A stretch of DNA of 64,000 bases, from contig NC_067401.1 in the NCBI RefSeq assembly GCF_016432865.1, positions 189,782,001 to 189,846,000 on the forward strand. Reading direction: 5' to 3'. Origin of the DNA: Antechinus flavipes (lineage: Eukaryota). A program made the translations under genes and the position numbers. The notes under the pieces were generated by a model. That model was not told the DNA's origin and did not search any database. It was given only the letters and a program-made list of their open reading frames with translations. Shown piece after piece: positions 13,030 through 24,423 of this stretch (position 1 is the stretch's first letter; every line of letters starts with the position of its first letter).

Positions 13030-14596
13030 TGTAACATCGGCTGCCATCATGTCCCGAGTGTTTTTTGCCTGGGGTTCTGGAGCCTAGCCCTGCTGACTGT
13101 TTCCCTGAGTCAGTCTACATTCTAATACCTAATGAAAGCCTTTGTTGCATTTTGGACATGGGAATTTGGGTCTTGTTCTCCCACTCTGTTTTTTATGCCA
13201 ACATTAAGCTTTCAGATGCCTCCTTTACCACATTGAAAGCACTGATGAGTCTTGAAGCCTGCATCATAGCCTGGGTACAAAAGGTATTTGTGCCCAGTGT
13301 GGGCACAGTGTCTTATGATCTCCTCTAAAGGAGCATCCTTGTGTAGTCCTAGTATAATTCTTCTACAACCTTATTAGCATATTCTCTAGCAAGTTGTCTT
13401 ATAATTTCTGTTGCTGCATATTCACCAGTAGTTCATATGACAGCTGTCTGCAGATGTCCCAAGAAATCAGCAAAGGGGTCATTTGGACCTTGAATTATTT
13501 TTGTGAAGTCTTCCTCTCTATCTTGTCTTCCTTGGGAGGATGCCCCCTGCTTTGATAGCAGCAGAAGCAATTTGCTCATATGGTGCTATAAGGAAATTAA
13601 TCTGTGCTAAACTGTCTGGATAAGGACCTAAACCTGCTAGTTGATTAAAAGTGACTGGTACATTAACTCCAGGTTGCCTATTTCATTGGGTTTATATTCT
13701 ACAGAGTTCACTATACTCAGAAAGCCACAACAAGTTTTGTCTAGGTTCTAAACATGTTTTTGCTATAGATTTCCAATCAGTAGGGATTAAAATTTCATAA
13801 GCCAAATTCTCTAATAACATCTTAACATAAGATAATGTAGACCCATAAAGAGTGCAAGCCTTTTTCAGATTAAAAGGAGTATATCTTCTTTCTTGACCTG
13901 AAGAGTCAAACTCTTCAATCACAATCTATTGTCAAATCAGATGTATCCTGTCCTTCCTCTTTAGCTTTAACTAATGCCTTCTCTAATAGTGTCGTAGGGG
14001 ATGGACAAAACTGCCGCATGGGTGATGCTGATGATATCACTGCCCCTCCCATTACTCCTCTTCCCTCCACCCACAAAGGTGAAATTGAGGAGGGAAGGTC
14101 AGGAGATGGGAAATGCTTTAAAGGTGCCTGCTGAGAAGCACCACACTCCTTAAGTACATCAGCATGTATTTAACTCCTTTCTTGTCCAATTATCCATGCT
14201 TTTCAGTTGCTTTGACTGTACCATCCCTCTCCTGCTCTTTCTCTTCACACTTTCTTGTCTGACTGTTCACATTAAAATTTTTCTTTATTTTAAAACTTGT
14301 GATATTCCTTAAAGCCAATTATATTATGTTGTATATATAGAATGTTTCCTCAGGAATTGAATCAGGATTCTTTAGCATTGTAATATTCAATTAGTTGCTC
14401 TCCCACTAGTTTCTACATATCTGGCTCTAATTTTTTTTCTTTAGAGAACTAAGGAGACATGCACTCTAATATATTAAGAGAGTCCAGTGATCTGCTTCCA
14501 AGTTACCAACAAACTTTGCTTCTTTATTAACCTAACTATGCATTCTACACACTTCCCTTGGAGTGGGGAAGCCTCTTTTCTTAGTATTTGCCCCAT
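13030..14596 (-). pseudogene. ERV gag remnant
   Basis: Start MGQILRK at 14596, capsid segment (ORF 13692-13922), MHR-like FTKIIQGPNDPFADFL near 13440-13510, decayed Zn-knuckle near 13100-13165. Multiple stops and frameshifts. Confidence 0.85.
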
Positions 14597-15599
14597 TTCA
14601 GCTGAGAAAAAAATGAAAATGACTATTTAGCCCTTACCAAAGTTTCCTACTTGTCCATTTTTGTACTCACTCTAGGTCATAGGGACTTCTTCACTGAGTT
14701 TATGATCGTGTCAATCAAGCTGCTGAATGTAGGTCCTCACATCCAGAGCTTCAAAATGTAGTGTGCTTCTTTCAGTGCCCTATGTTGAGCACCAAAATGT
14801 AATGTCCGGGCTAACTTTCTGGAGGATCTCAGGACCAGCCTTGGTCTTAGTGGAGGAGTGAAGTATGAGGGAGAGCCACCAGGAAGATGGTAAAAGACGA
14901 AATGTCTCTATTTCCAGTTCTCTCAGTCCTTAAATACCTCAGTATGATTACATCATTACAGCACACTATGTATGAACTAGAGACCATTACATCACCATAC
15001 TAAGTATATGTGAACTAGAGAACTATCATCTTATTAATCACACTGAGTTAATACCCTGTTGTATCTTTGCTTCAAGTATACTTTTCTCAGAGTTCCCCAA
15101 TATCTGTGGTCCTCTACAGACAACAGCAAGCTAAGTTTCAAAAGGGATTAGCAAGGAACGAAGAGAAAAAAGATAGGTTTATAGGACAAAGTTAGACCAG
15201 AGCTTCATGTTACTTATTTGCTAATTTTATGGCTTACAAGTAGATTTGAGGGATGGTCTATTCACTATTGTCTCAGTAGCTTTGTTATCACTGACCAACA
15301 GATTATCTGACAGTCAATAGTTTATAGGACTATTGTAAGGCCAGAAAACTTTTACAATCATTGACAGATTGTTAGAACAATAGTACACTAAGATCAGGGG
15401 ACCTCAGAATCATTCATTCTAAAGCAGGCAACTTTTGAATCATTGACTGTTAGAAAAGAAGCACTATAAGGTTAGGGGACCTCTTCACTGCCATGTTTCC
15501 CTTAGAAGCTGTACCCCATCAAAGATATTGAGGTATCCCTCCAGAGGGAAGGAGCCTGGTTCCAGAATATTCAAGTAAGATTTTACTGAAATGACACCA

Positions 15600-15900
15600 G
15601 AGGGAGAACAGAGGTATTTACTGATTATAGTTGACCATTTGATAGAATGGGTGGAAACACCTCCCCTGACCTCTGCTGCCTTAAAGAGGAGTTAGTGGAA
15701 TAACATTGGGAAAAACTGTACCTAAGTATGGATTGGTAGAGAACAGTGATTCTGATAATGGAATATATTTTACTTGTAAGGTTTTATAAAAATAATGGGG
15801 AAGGATTGCAAATTTGAGTGGTAATTCCATATACCTGGGCATTTGTCTTCATCAGGGAAAGTGGAATGAATTAGATTCTTAAGAAACAAATTACTAAATT
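15600..15900 (+). pseudogene. Integrase remnant of outer ERV
   Basis: RYLLIIVDHLIEWVET, SDNG and FHIPGH.SSSGKV-like motifs, frameshifted. Confidence 0.7.
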
Positions 15901-16299
15901 GCCTTGGACCAAATGTTTGCGTATCTGAACATCTTTTAATATAGATTGGTTATTTTTGAGAGCTAAATTTACCTGAAGCTTTGACTAATGAGACCTGTTA
16001 TTTAAGATAAAATCTCTTGGGACTGGAGCTGATATTTGGAGTTTTGAATTCAGTATGACTATCTGATGGATCATCAAGCCAATAATCTACCATCAGAAAG
16101 GAATATGCCACAAGCTATTCAGAGGAATGTGATCCTGAATTTGTTACAGGTGAACATTAGTATTTGAGGAAGAATTGGGAAGACAACCTTGGCATCTGAT
16201 TAAGGTAGGATCCTTCTCAGTTTTCCAGTGGTGTTCCTTTGAATAAGAATCCACCTGATTATTCCTGAGTCTGGCTCAACATGGAATTGTTATTGCATA

Positions 16300-17150
16300 C
16301 AATTACCTGAAGTCAAACCAAGCTAAAGAATGCTTTATCCTGTCATGTATGTGCTCTCAGGCTGAGGCCTGGATGACCCCTGCTTTTTCCTCTTATAGCA
16401 AATTTCTATAACTAGGGCAAGTGTTCAGTAGAAGCTATGACCACAATTCAAGTATCTAAGATCTTGAAATTTCCTTTCTGAAAATATGTAGTCATTATAG
16501 CCTAAATAACTTGGCAAGTATTTGACCTAGTCATCAATCCAATCTGTTGTTAGATGCATATGTTTATTTACTTCTTTTAGTGTTTCTGTTGTTGCTGATT
16601 TTCCTGACAGGCATCTTTATTTGTGTAGAGTTACCTATTCTAATCACTGAGAACACAAATGTTTGGGGTGATAGATGGCTCCAGATGGAAGCTGGGAGTA
16701 CAAAATCCCAATTTGTGTTAAATAGGCTCATTAGACTCCAGGCCATGGTCGAAAATAACCACTAACCAGATGACAAAGGCACTAGATTTATTAGCAGATC
16801 AGATCATTCAGATTAGAGAAGCTTGTACTCCAGCACTATTTGTTGGCTGAAAAAGGTAAAGTTTGTGGGAAAATAAAATTTTTGCTGAGTGAAAATTGAT
16901 GATAATGGACAGGTAGTGAAGGAAATTGCTAAAGATATCAGAAAATTGGCCCATGCCCCATTTCAGAACTGATTCTCACCATTTAATACCTCTTGATGGT
17001 CTTGGTCTGGAGGCAGCTGGTGAAAATAGATTCTTTGGTTCTTGCTGATAGCTTTAAGTGGAGTCACACTACTCCCTGCTTCCCCTATTTGATATAGCTT
17101 ATTACAAGGGTAGTACAGACATCACTGGTCAGAATAGTAAAGATTGAACA
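16300..17150 (+). pseudogene. env (TM) remnant of outer ERV, ERV3/HERV-I-like
   Basis: LNRLIRLQAMVE..TNQMTKALDLLADQIIQIREA..YLLAEKGKVCGK..KIDDNGQVVKEIAKDIRKLAHAP across frameshifts (about 16700-16960). The immunosuppressive domain is partly deleted. Confidence 0.8.
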
Positions 17151-17324
17151 ACCTGGAGAGGGAAGACCAGTTAGATTTGGAGTATTAAAAGGACAGGATG
17201 AACCCCTGTAGGGAAGAAGGGACAAAAGTAGTCCAGAGGGATCAGAGACTGAGAACAAGATGGTTGAGGTAATGTATCAAGAATGGTGTGAGAAGTTTCC
17301 AAAGGTTAATAAATAAAGAGGGAT

Positions 17325-17697
17325 TGAATGGGATAAACTGAATGTGACCTTGATCTATGCCTTAATTATGACAAGACTTTGCAATAATAGATTGAGCTAA
17401 AGCCAAAAGCTGAAGTTGTTCAATTATCTTAGATAAACATTTCTCTTCTGTCACTCTTGGTAAGTTAGAACTTGACAGCCAATGGGAGAAAAAATCAGAA
17501 GAGGGAGGTGGGAAGAGCTTTTTTTGCATTAGGGTCTATATAATTCTGTGCTTGTAGTTTATGCTTTGCATTCCTTTATTGATGCTTTGTCTGATGGGAG
17601 TTGCCCTTTCTTGAGAGATTGTAATAAATCCTTTTTTTGCTTTTTACCTTAGAGTCTCTGATTTTAGCTTGATAATCAAGGGTCACTGTCTGGCACA
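17325..17697 (+). repeat. 3' LTR of outer ERV
   Basis: TG...CA termini, CCAAT, TATA (TCTATATAA), AATAAA, preceded by PPT and followed by TSD TCTA. Confidence 0.85.
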
Positions 17698-18539
17698 TCT
17701 ATAACTAATCAAAAACCCTTATCTTTGTTATGTGGTGGTTAGCTGACCAGAATCTGTTATGGAATATTGATGCATGCTCCATAATCTGTCTCCCCAATAT
17801 ACTTCCCTTTACATATCTTCACAAGACTCTCAGATTTTTCACATGGAGACACAATATTCCAGGCACTGTGTGTACAAGCCAGATTCTCACATACATATAG
17901 ATTTTTTTGTATCTATAGGTAACACAAAGTATCTATCTATCTATATCTTGTATGTACCTAGTTATTTACATGTAGTCTTATTGGAATATGTTTCTTGAGG
18001 AGAAGGGTTAATTTTTTTCCTTCCTTTGTATCCCTTAGCAAAGTGTCTGGAGTAAGTAAGCTCTTAATATGTTAACTAAATAACTGGTTAAACCAGGACA
18101 TGATATCTTTAACACAACCACAAGAACCACTGATAAGGAACTGTCCCTCTCCCATACATACACATGCTGTGTAACAAGCCTAAATGAAGATACCTCTCCT
18201 TGCTCTAAGACAGGAGTTCTTAACTTTTTTTGTGGGTGATGGGCCCCTTAAGCAATCCAGTGAAGAATATAGAACATCTCAAAATAATGTTTTTAAATGT
18301 ATAAAATAAAATGTGTAAAGCAAAAGATTACAAAGGAAACTAATTATATGGAAATAAACATAGGTGTTCCCCACCCATATTCACAGACTCAAAAATCTAG
18401 CTACAAACCTAAAGCAAAAGGTGTAACAAAATTAATTGTCCCCAAGTAGTAGATATTCCCTTTCTCTGAAACATATCCTAAAAAATTATTTTTTCTTCTC
18501 TGCCTTCACAGCCTTCTAAAACAGGGGCCAAATACTAAG

Positions 18540-19240
18540 ATGCTAAAATAACTTGAAAAATTCAGTAAAGCCAGCTAATCCCTTTTGAGATATGAATTAG
18601 TCTTTTAAATGAAAGAGTGTAATGTGGAACAATGAAAAATGATAGTTCATGACTCAGAATGACATTTAAATCAGTTTACTGAAGACAGAAGATGAACTCA
18701 AAGAAGAACTAAATTCTTTACTGTATAAACAGAAGAATGAAGCTAGAGAAAAGAAAGCTGTAGGGAGTCACATAGACCTGGAGAAAGAATATATAAGAAA
18801 GAAGCCACTTAGAACTGAGAGAACAGATAAAAAAGCATAAAGGAGAAGTGCTTGAATCAAATTTTTAAAATATATATTAATTCCACTTAATTAAAAAAAA
18901 TAAATAGTATTTTATTTTTAATTATATGTAAAGATAATTTTCCATATTCATTATTTTTGTAAGAATTTGAGTTCCATTTTTTCTCCAAGACTGCAAACAA
19001 TCTGATATAGGTTATACATGTACAAAGATGTTAAAAAATATTTCCACATTTTCATGCTGTGAAAGAAAAAAAAAAAAAAACAGAAAAGGAAAAAAACCAT
19101 GGGGGGGAAAAAACATTAAAAAGTGAAAAAAAGTATGTTTAGATCTGCAGGCAGATTCCATAGGTCTTTCTTTGGATATGGATAGTATTATTTATAATGA
19201 GTCTTTGTATTGCTGACGAGAGAGCCAAGTCAAATGCTTG
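18540..19240. mobile_element. Old LINE-1 fragments (ORF1-like piece on +, about 18540-18860; 3'UTR piece on -, about 18900-19240)
   Basis: A-rich coiled-coil-type ORF1 sequence followed by an antisense 3'UTR similar to the L1 3' ends at 43000 and 52030. Confidence 0.55.
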
Positions 19241-19761
19241 GACCAATTTGGCATGAGAGGTGTCAGGACTGAATCTGTATTGTTTAAGTCATCACACCAC
19301 TACCACTAAACATTACCCCCCAAACGGCAGTCTTGTATCTCTACTCCCCTTTGAGCTCCTTTTCCAGAGAATCCTGGAATCTTTTCTTCTGGACATGGAG
19401 GAAACACATTTCTTGGTTTCAAATGTTTACTTTGTCTTTATGAATTGTCATAGTTTGGCAAATTGTTAGTCCTGATTGTACATATTGGGGTTACAGTGTG
19501 GGAGAAAACAATTGAAAAGAAAACATCCCCAGAGAACAGCCTGTCTTTGCTAGGGAACTTAGGGCTAACAAAAAGATAAAGAAAATTACAGATCCTTTGA
19601 TACTATTTCCCTGAATAAAAAAAGAATAGTTATCCTGGGAAAACCCATCCATATAATGAGTTAATAGTAGGGTGGGGGGGGGGAATAGGAGTGTTTAAAC
19701 AACTCTAATTACCATCATCAATTTAAGAGTGTCACACTCAGCAGCATCAGCGTCACTTATT

Positions 19762-19980
19762 ATATAGCACTTACTATGTGCCAGACTGTGCTAAATATTT
19801 TACAAATATCATCTTCATTTGATCCCCACAATAATCCTGAGAGGTGCTATTATTGTTCCAGTTTTATAGATGAGGAAACTGAGGCAGAGTAATTTGCCCA
19901 GGGTCACACAGCTAGTCAGTGTCTAAAACAAGATATGAATTCATCATACCGACTCCAGGCCTGGTTTTCTACCCATTGCT
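19762..19980 (-). mobile_element. MIR/MAR1-like SINE
   Basis: Antisense core GATGAGGAAACTGAGGC...TTGCCCAGGGTCACACAGCTAGT. Confidence 0.8.
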
Positions 19981-21360
19981 CCAAATTCTCTCTATTCTTC
20001 TCCTAATACCTTTACCTTCCCCATATTTTTACCTTTACTTTCCCCCAAACCTTTTCTCTGAGGCATATGGATTTCCTTCCCCGTTCATTTCTCCCTTTCT
20101 CATCTGCTTTCTCACTCTTGTCCCCATCCTCTCTGCCTTAAATAGCCACTTTCCCATTTTTTAGTTCACAAGTCTGGGTCGGGCTGGAAGCCATTTGCAT
20201 CTAGAGATGGAGAAGATCAGAAAATGCAGGATGGGAGACCAAAAAGAAAGCATGGGGGAAGAAGCCAAATTTGTGTATATATCAGGACCCAATTAGTAAT
20301 AATCCATTCTCCAAATCCCTGTACTTGGGTAAATAATTTTTCTCTACATTCATTGCATCTGCAGGGATGCAATAAAGTGTTTCTTGGGTAATAGGTTATT
20401 TTAAATTGACTTAAGTATATGTCATTTTAGAGTTAGATCATCAATTCATATCCATTTTCAATACGAACTAGGTTTCATCAGCCTGACTCAGTATTAGGGC
20501 TTCAGACCTCATCATTTGACTGAAACTGTTTTCTCCAATGTGAGTAACAATTGCCAGATGTAATGGCTTTTTCTCAATTCTCATTCTTCTTGCCCTTTCA
20601 TCTTTGAGACTATGTATCACTCTCTTCTTGATCTAAGTTTTCATGACACTAATCTCTCCTGGTTCTCTTCCTACCTGTCTAACCACTCCTTTCAGTCACC
20701 CAGTCATGATTTGGGTGCTGTATTTGATTCCTTTCTTTCCCTTCTCCAAAGCCCATATCTGATCTATTACCAAGACCTGTCAATTTTACCTTTGTAACAT
20801 CTCTTTTATACACTCCTTTCTCTCATCTGACATTACCACCACCCAGTTTCAGACTTTCATCACTATACTATTTTAATAACTGTAGGTTGATCTGCCTACC
20901 ACAAGTCTCTTTCTACTTCAGTCCATCCTTCATTCTGCCTTTTGTTCTTACCTCCAACACTTAGCATATTTTTTGGCACATAGTAGGCATAAAATCAACT
21001 GATGGGCTGGCTAGGAAACAATGAACTGTGAAGTTCATCTTCTGAAGTCTAGAGATTTCTTTTTATTATATATAAAAGGAATGGAGCATCCTCACATATA
21101 AGGTGCTGGTACAGGTAGTATTCTTCTGTAATGATGTGCTGGGCCTTTTTATGAGTACTTGAAAAGAAAAGACAGGTAGGTAGACATCATTTTCACAGTG
21201 GTTGGAATAAATACTTGGGGCACATTCTCTGCATAAATTCAAAGCTGGAGCTACCTATCCAGAACACTTCCAAAAGCTCAGGGAAAGCCTAGTCTAGGTC
21301 TTGGTATATACACCTTAAAGTACTACTCACCCAGGCGCTTTGCAATACTTGTCTGGGTCC

Positions 21361-21935
21361 TTATCTCCTAGATTCTTTGAGTTTGTCAAACACTAGAATA
21401 CTATAATCATGGACTATTGTGTCTTGTGAACTTAACCTATTCCACTGATCAACTATTCTATTTTTTAACCAGTACCAAATGGTTTTGATGACCGCTACTT
21501 TATAATATAGTTTTAGGTCTGGAAGAGGTAAGCCATCATTTGCATTTTTTTCATTAATTCCCTTCTGTAGTTGTGTTGGACGTCCCACAACTAATTTGCT
21601 GATCCACTGGTTTCTGAACCACTGACAGAATGGTAAACACTGCTGGATTTTGGTTATAAGCCTCCTGATAGATTCCCCTGGTACTAAGAGACCACTTTGC
21701 CCTGGATCCCTGAGCTGCACCTGCGCTAGGCTGTCTTCCCCCACTCCCATGCTTGATTGAAACAGACCTTTTCTAAAGTGCTCCCAAAATTTCTGCAGGA
21801 AATTTGTTATACTCCAAATATTTGTGGGTTCTGTCACTCCAAAACTCGTTCAGAGGCTTGATCTGGTATTGATCTGAGGGAAGCCAGGAAAAGATCAGAG
21901 ACCTGTCTACTCTGCCATCTTGGCTCTGCTCCCCA
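21361..21935 (-). mobile_element. Internally deleted LINE-1: 5'UTR joined to a late ORF2 segment
   Basis: Minus-strand start GGGGAGCAGAGCCAAGATGGCAGAGTAGACAGG near 21935. ORF2 peptide [33 protein letters not shown] at about 21400-21550. Confidence 0.8.
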
Positions 21936-24423
21936 AAATTATAGCTCTTGAAACAGTCAGACAGAGGTGACACAGCTGGTGAATGCTGAGGTTGTTGAAT
22001 GCCTGCATGCTGGTTCTTCTTGCCTCTAGGTTCAGCCCTCTGCCACTACACCACCTGGCTAGCTAAAAAATTGATAATGGAAATTTCCAATTAGGAAAGG
22101 ATTCTTTCAGTGGTTTCTTATGAATCCAGGTTTTATTGGAATTCTCTTAAATTGCCCCAAGATGATTGGTTTTGTTTGACTTCCAGGTTGACTAGAAACT
22201 CTCCTGGGAAAGTACTGATTTATCATATTGCCTTGAGTATTTCTTGAAAGCAGTAGTATAGGACTTAGTTCAATGGGGAAATAAAAACCACAAAATGACA
22301 GATTCTGAACTTTGGTAGAAACACAGAAATCCTGAACATACATGAAAGGAATATTTTAATCTTCCTGACTGGTGCTCATTCAGCCTCAGCTTGAAGACTT
22401 CTCAAAACATCCTATTTTACTTTCTGACATTGCTAGGAAGTTTTTCCTTAATGTCAAGCCTAAAATTGCTTCTGAAATTTCTACCCTTTGCTCTTGGTTC
22501 TACTTCATATGGATAAAGAACAATTGGAATTACTCTTCCACATGCCAAACCTTCAGGTACTTCCAAATGTATCATGCTACAACATCTCCCCGACCCTACC
22601 CCAATCCCAGTCTTTTCTTCCTCACATTAAACATCCTCATTGTTTTTCAACTACTCTTCCAATGCTGGTAACTAAAATAAAGCTTAACTGATGTATTATC
22701 ATGAAAAATCTCAATACTGGATAACTATTAAGAAATATACTCTCTCCTCTCAGCAGAGAAATGAGTGGTTATGGAAATGGAAACCAGTCCAAAAGGGGTC
22801 CATGTCAATTAACTCTGTTTAAATGTCTTTCCTTTCTCATAAAGAAGAGATTCAGTGGTGAGGACAAGGCAAGTGAAAGGGAAATAACTGAGATATAAAA
22901 ACAAAAGACAATAAATATCACATAAGGACCAGAATCCAGGTATCCTTACTGAGCTAGTATTCTTTCCACTATATTTGGCCAACACTATATGTACCCACTA
23001 AAAAGTTTCCTAAACACAAAAGGAACTCACTTCATAAACTGGCTCAGCATGGTTGTTTATCAAAAGCTTCCTCGATGTTGATATTCCCTCAAATGGCCTC
23101 CGTGACCCTGGACCTTTTCTTTAGGGATGGGGCAGGGCAACAACTGGACCCAGATTGGGTCCTCATGATCTCCCCATACACTTAGTATTCCTGGCACACA
23201 GAAAATCCCCTCAGCTTCCAAGGATACAGATTTGGAATCCTCCTTCTACAATTTCTCCCGGTGTGGAAGAACTCTCATCAGAGGATCAGCCATGTGAGTA
23301 ATAAATGGGAACCCTAAATTTTGGAAATAAATGTGACACCTCACATGGGTGAATGGGGAAAGAGCTCTGCATCGGGAACTACAGGACCCAAGTTCAAATC
23401 AACTTCAACCAACTCTTCAGATCTCTATTTTCTCATCTGTAAAATGAGAATCCTAGAGCTAATAAATTCTAAAATCTTTCTAAGCTCTATAACCCATATA
23501 TGGTCCCACCCACACTGGATAAATGTCTTAGAAAAAAAAGAAGCTTGGAGAACAGGAAGTGAATAAGGGTTAAATGAAGAGAAAAATTGCCATTTACAAC
23601 TTGGCTACAATCTTTCTAGACTCACTTTACAGAACTCCCTTTTATGAACTCCCATTCTATACAAACTGACCTACTTATTTTTTTCTGTACAATGAGCACA
23701 ATCCTTATGAGTATATTCAGAATTCTCTGCCCAATGGTCTGTCAGAGCTGCTGGCTTCCAGAATTCCTTCTTCAATAGGCAGCTGATTAGCTGCAGTCTT
23801 TCTCCATCTTTAGTCATCCTTTTCAAATGGAGTGCTCTTATCTGCTAGGGAAATACAAAGCTCTTTCAGCTAGAGTAAAAATATTTTAAAATGTACATCT
23901 CTTATAGTTGTTTTCATGGAGTTTCTCATAACAATCCTGTGAAGGGAGTTGCTATGTTATCCCCATTTTATAGAAAAGGAAACTGAAAAAAGTTATGGAT
24001 CACAGAATTATAAAGAGTCTGTGGCAGAATTTGAACTCAAGACTTCCTGATGCCAAAGCTGGTATCCATTGTTATATTTAGCCATATATGAATGAGAAAA
24101 GAGAAATAGAAAGAATAAAGTTGGAAGTTTAGAAAAAGTAATAATAGAGGTAAAGAGGCAAAAATAAAGAATACAGAGGAATTGGAGGAAAGGGGGGAGG
24201 GGAAAAGGAGAAAGGAAGACCAAGACAGGAAACAGAAAAGCAAATAGCAATCAGTCAATAGGTAAAAAGAGTAAAAAGAGGGAAAGGAAGAAAGAAGAGA
24301 TAAATAAAACCTTGAAATAGACCAGGCCTAATGTCAAACCCAGCTTTCGAGGCTAGGAGAATTAGGGACAGATGCCTGCCTTGCTCCCACTCCAATTTCC
24401 AGACCTCCTTCCCAATTTCTCAG

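Larger units (their letters stand above)
8556..15118 (-). mobile_element. Betaretrovirus-like (class II) endogenous retrovirus, env-less and defective
   Basis: LTRs at 8556-8846 and 14798-15118 (TG...CA). Perfect 6-bp TSD GACAAC (8550-8555 / 15119-15124). PBS TGGTGCTCAACATAGGGC (14777-14794, minus) is a decayed tRNA-Lys PBS (TGGCGCCCAACGTGGGGC). PPT AAACAAAAGAAAGCGGGAGA at 8847-8866. Gag, pro and pol remnants present. Confidence 0.95.
4538..17697 (+). mobile_element. Degenerate class I (ERV1/ERV3-like) endogenous retrovirus, outer host of nested insertions
   Basis: Homologous LTRs start TGAATGGGATAAACTGA (4538, 17325) and end CACTGTC..CACA (5708, 17697). Matching 4-bp TSD TCTA (4534-4537 / 17698-17701). 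Polypurine tract AATAAATAAAGAGGGAT lies before the 3' LTR. Integrase and env remnants lie inside. Confidence 0.85.

Noticed and set aside
8556-15118. Replication-competent provirus
   Set aside because: Many stops and frameshifts, YMDD mutated to YMDN, a pro-RT deletion, an L1 insertion in pol and no env.
20193-20200. Octamer motif ATTTGCAT
   Set aside because: A single 8-mer with no associated promoter or gene evidence; expected by chance in 64 kb.
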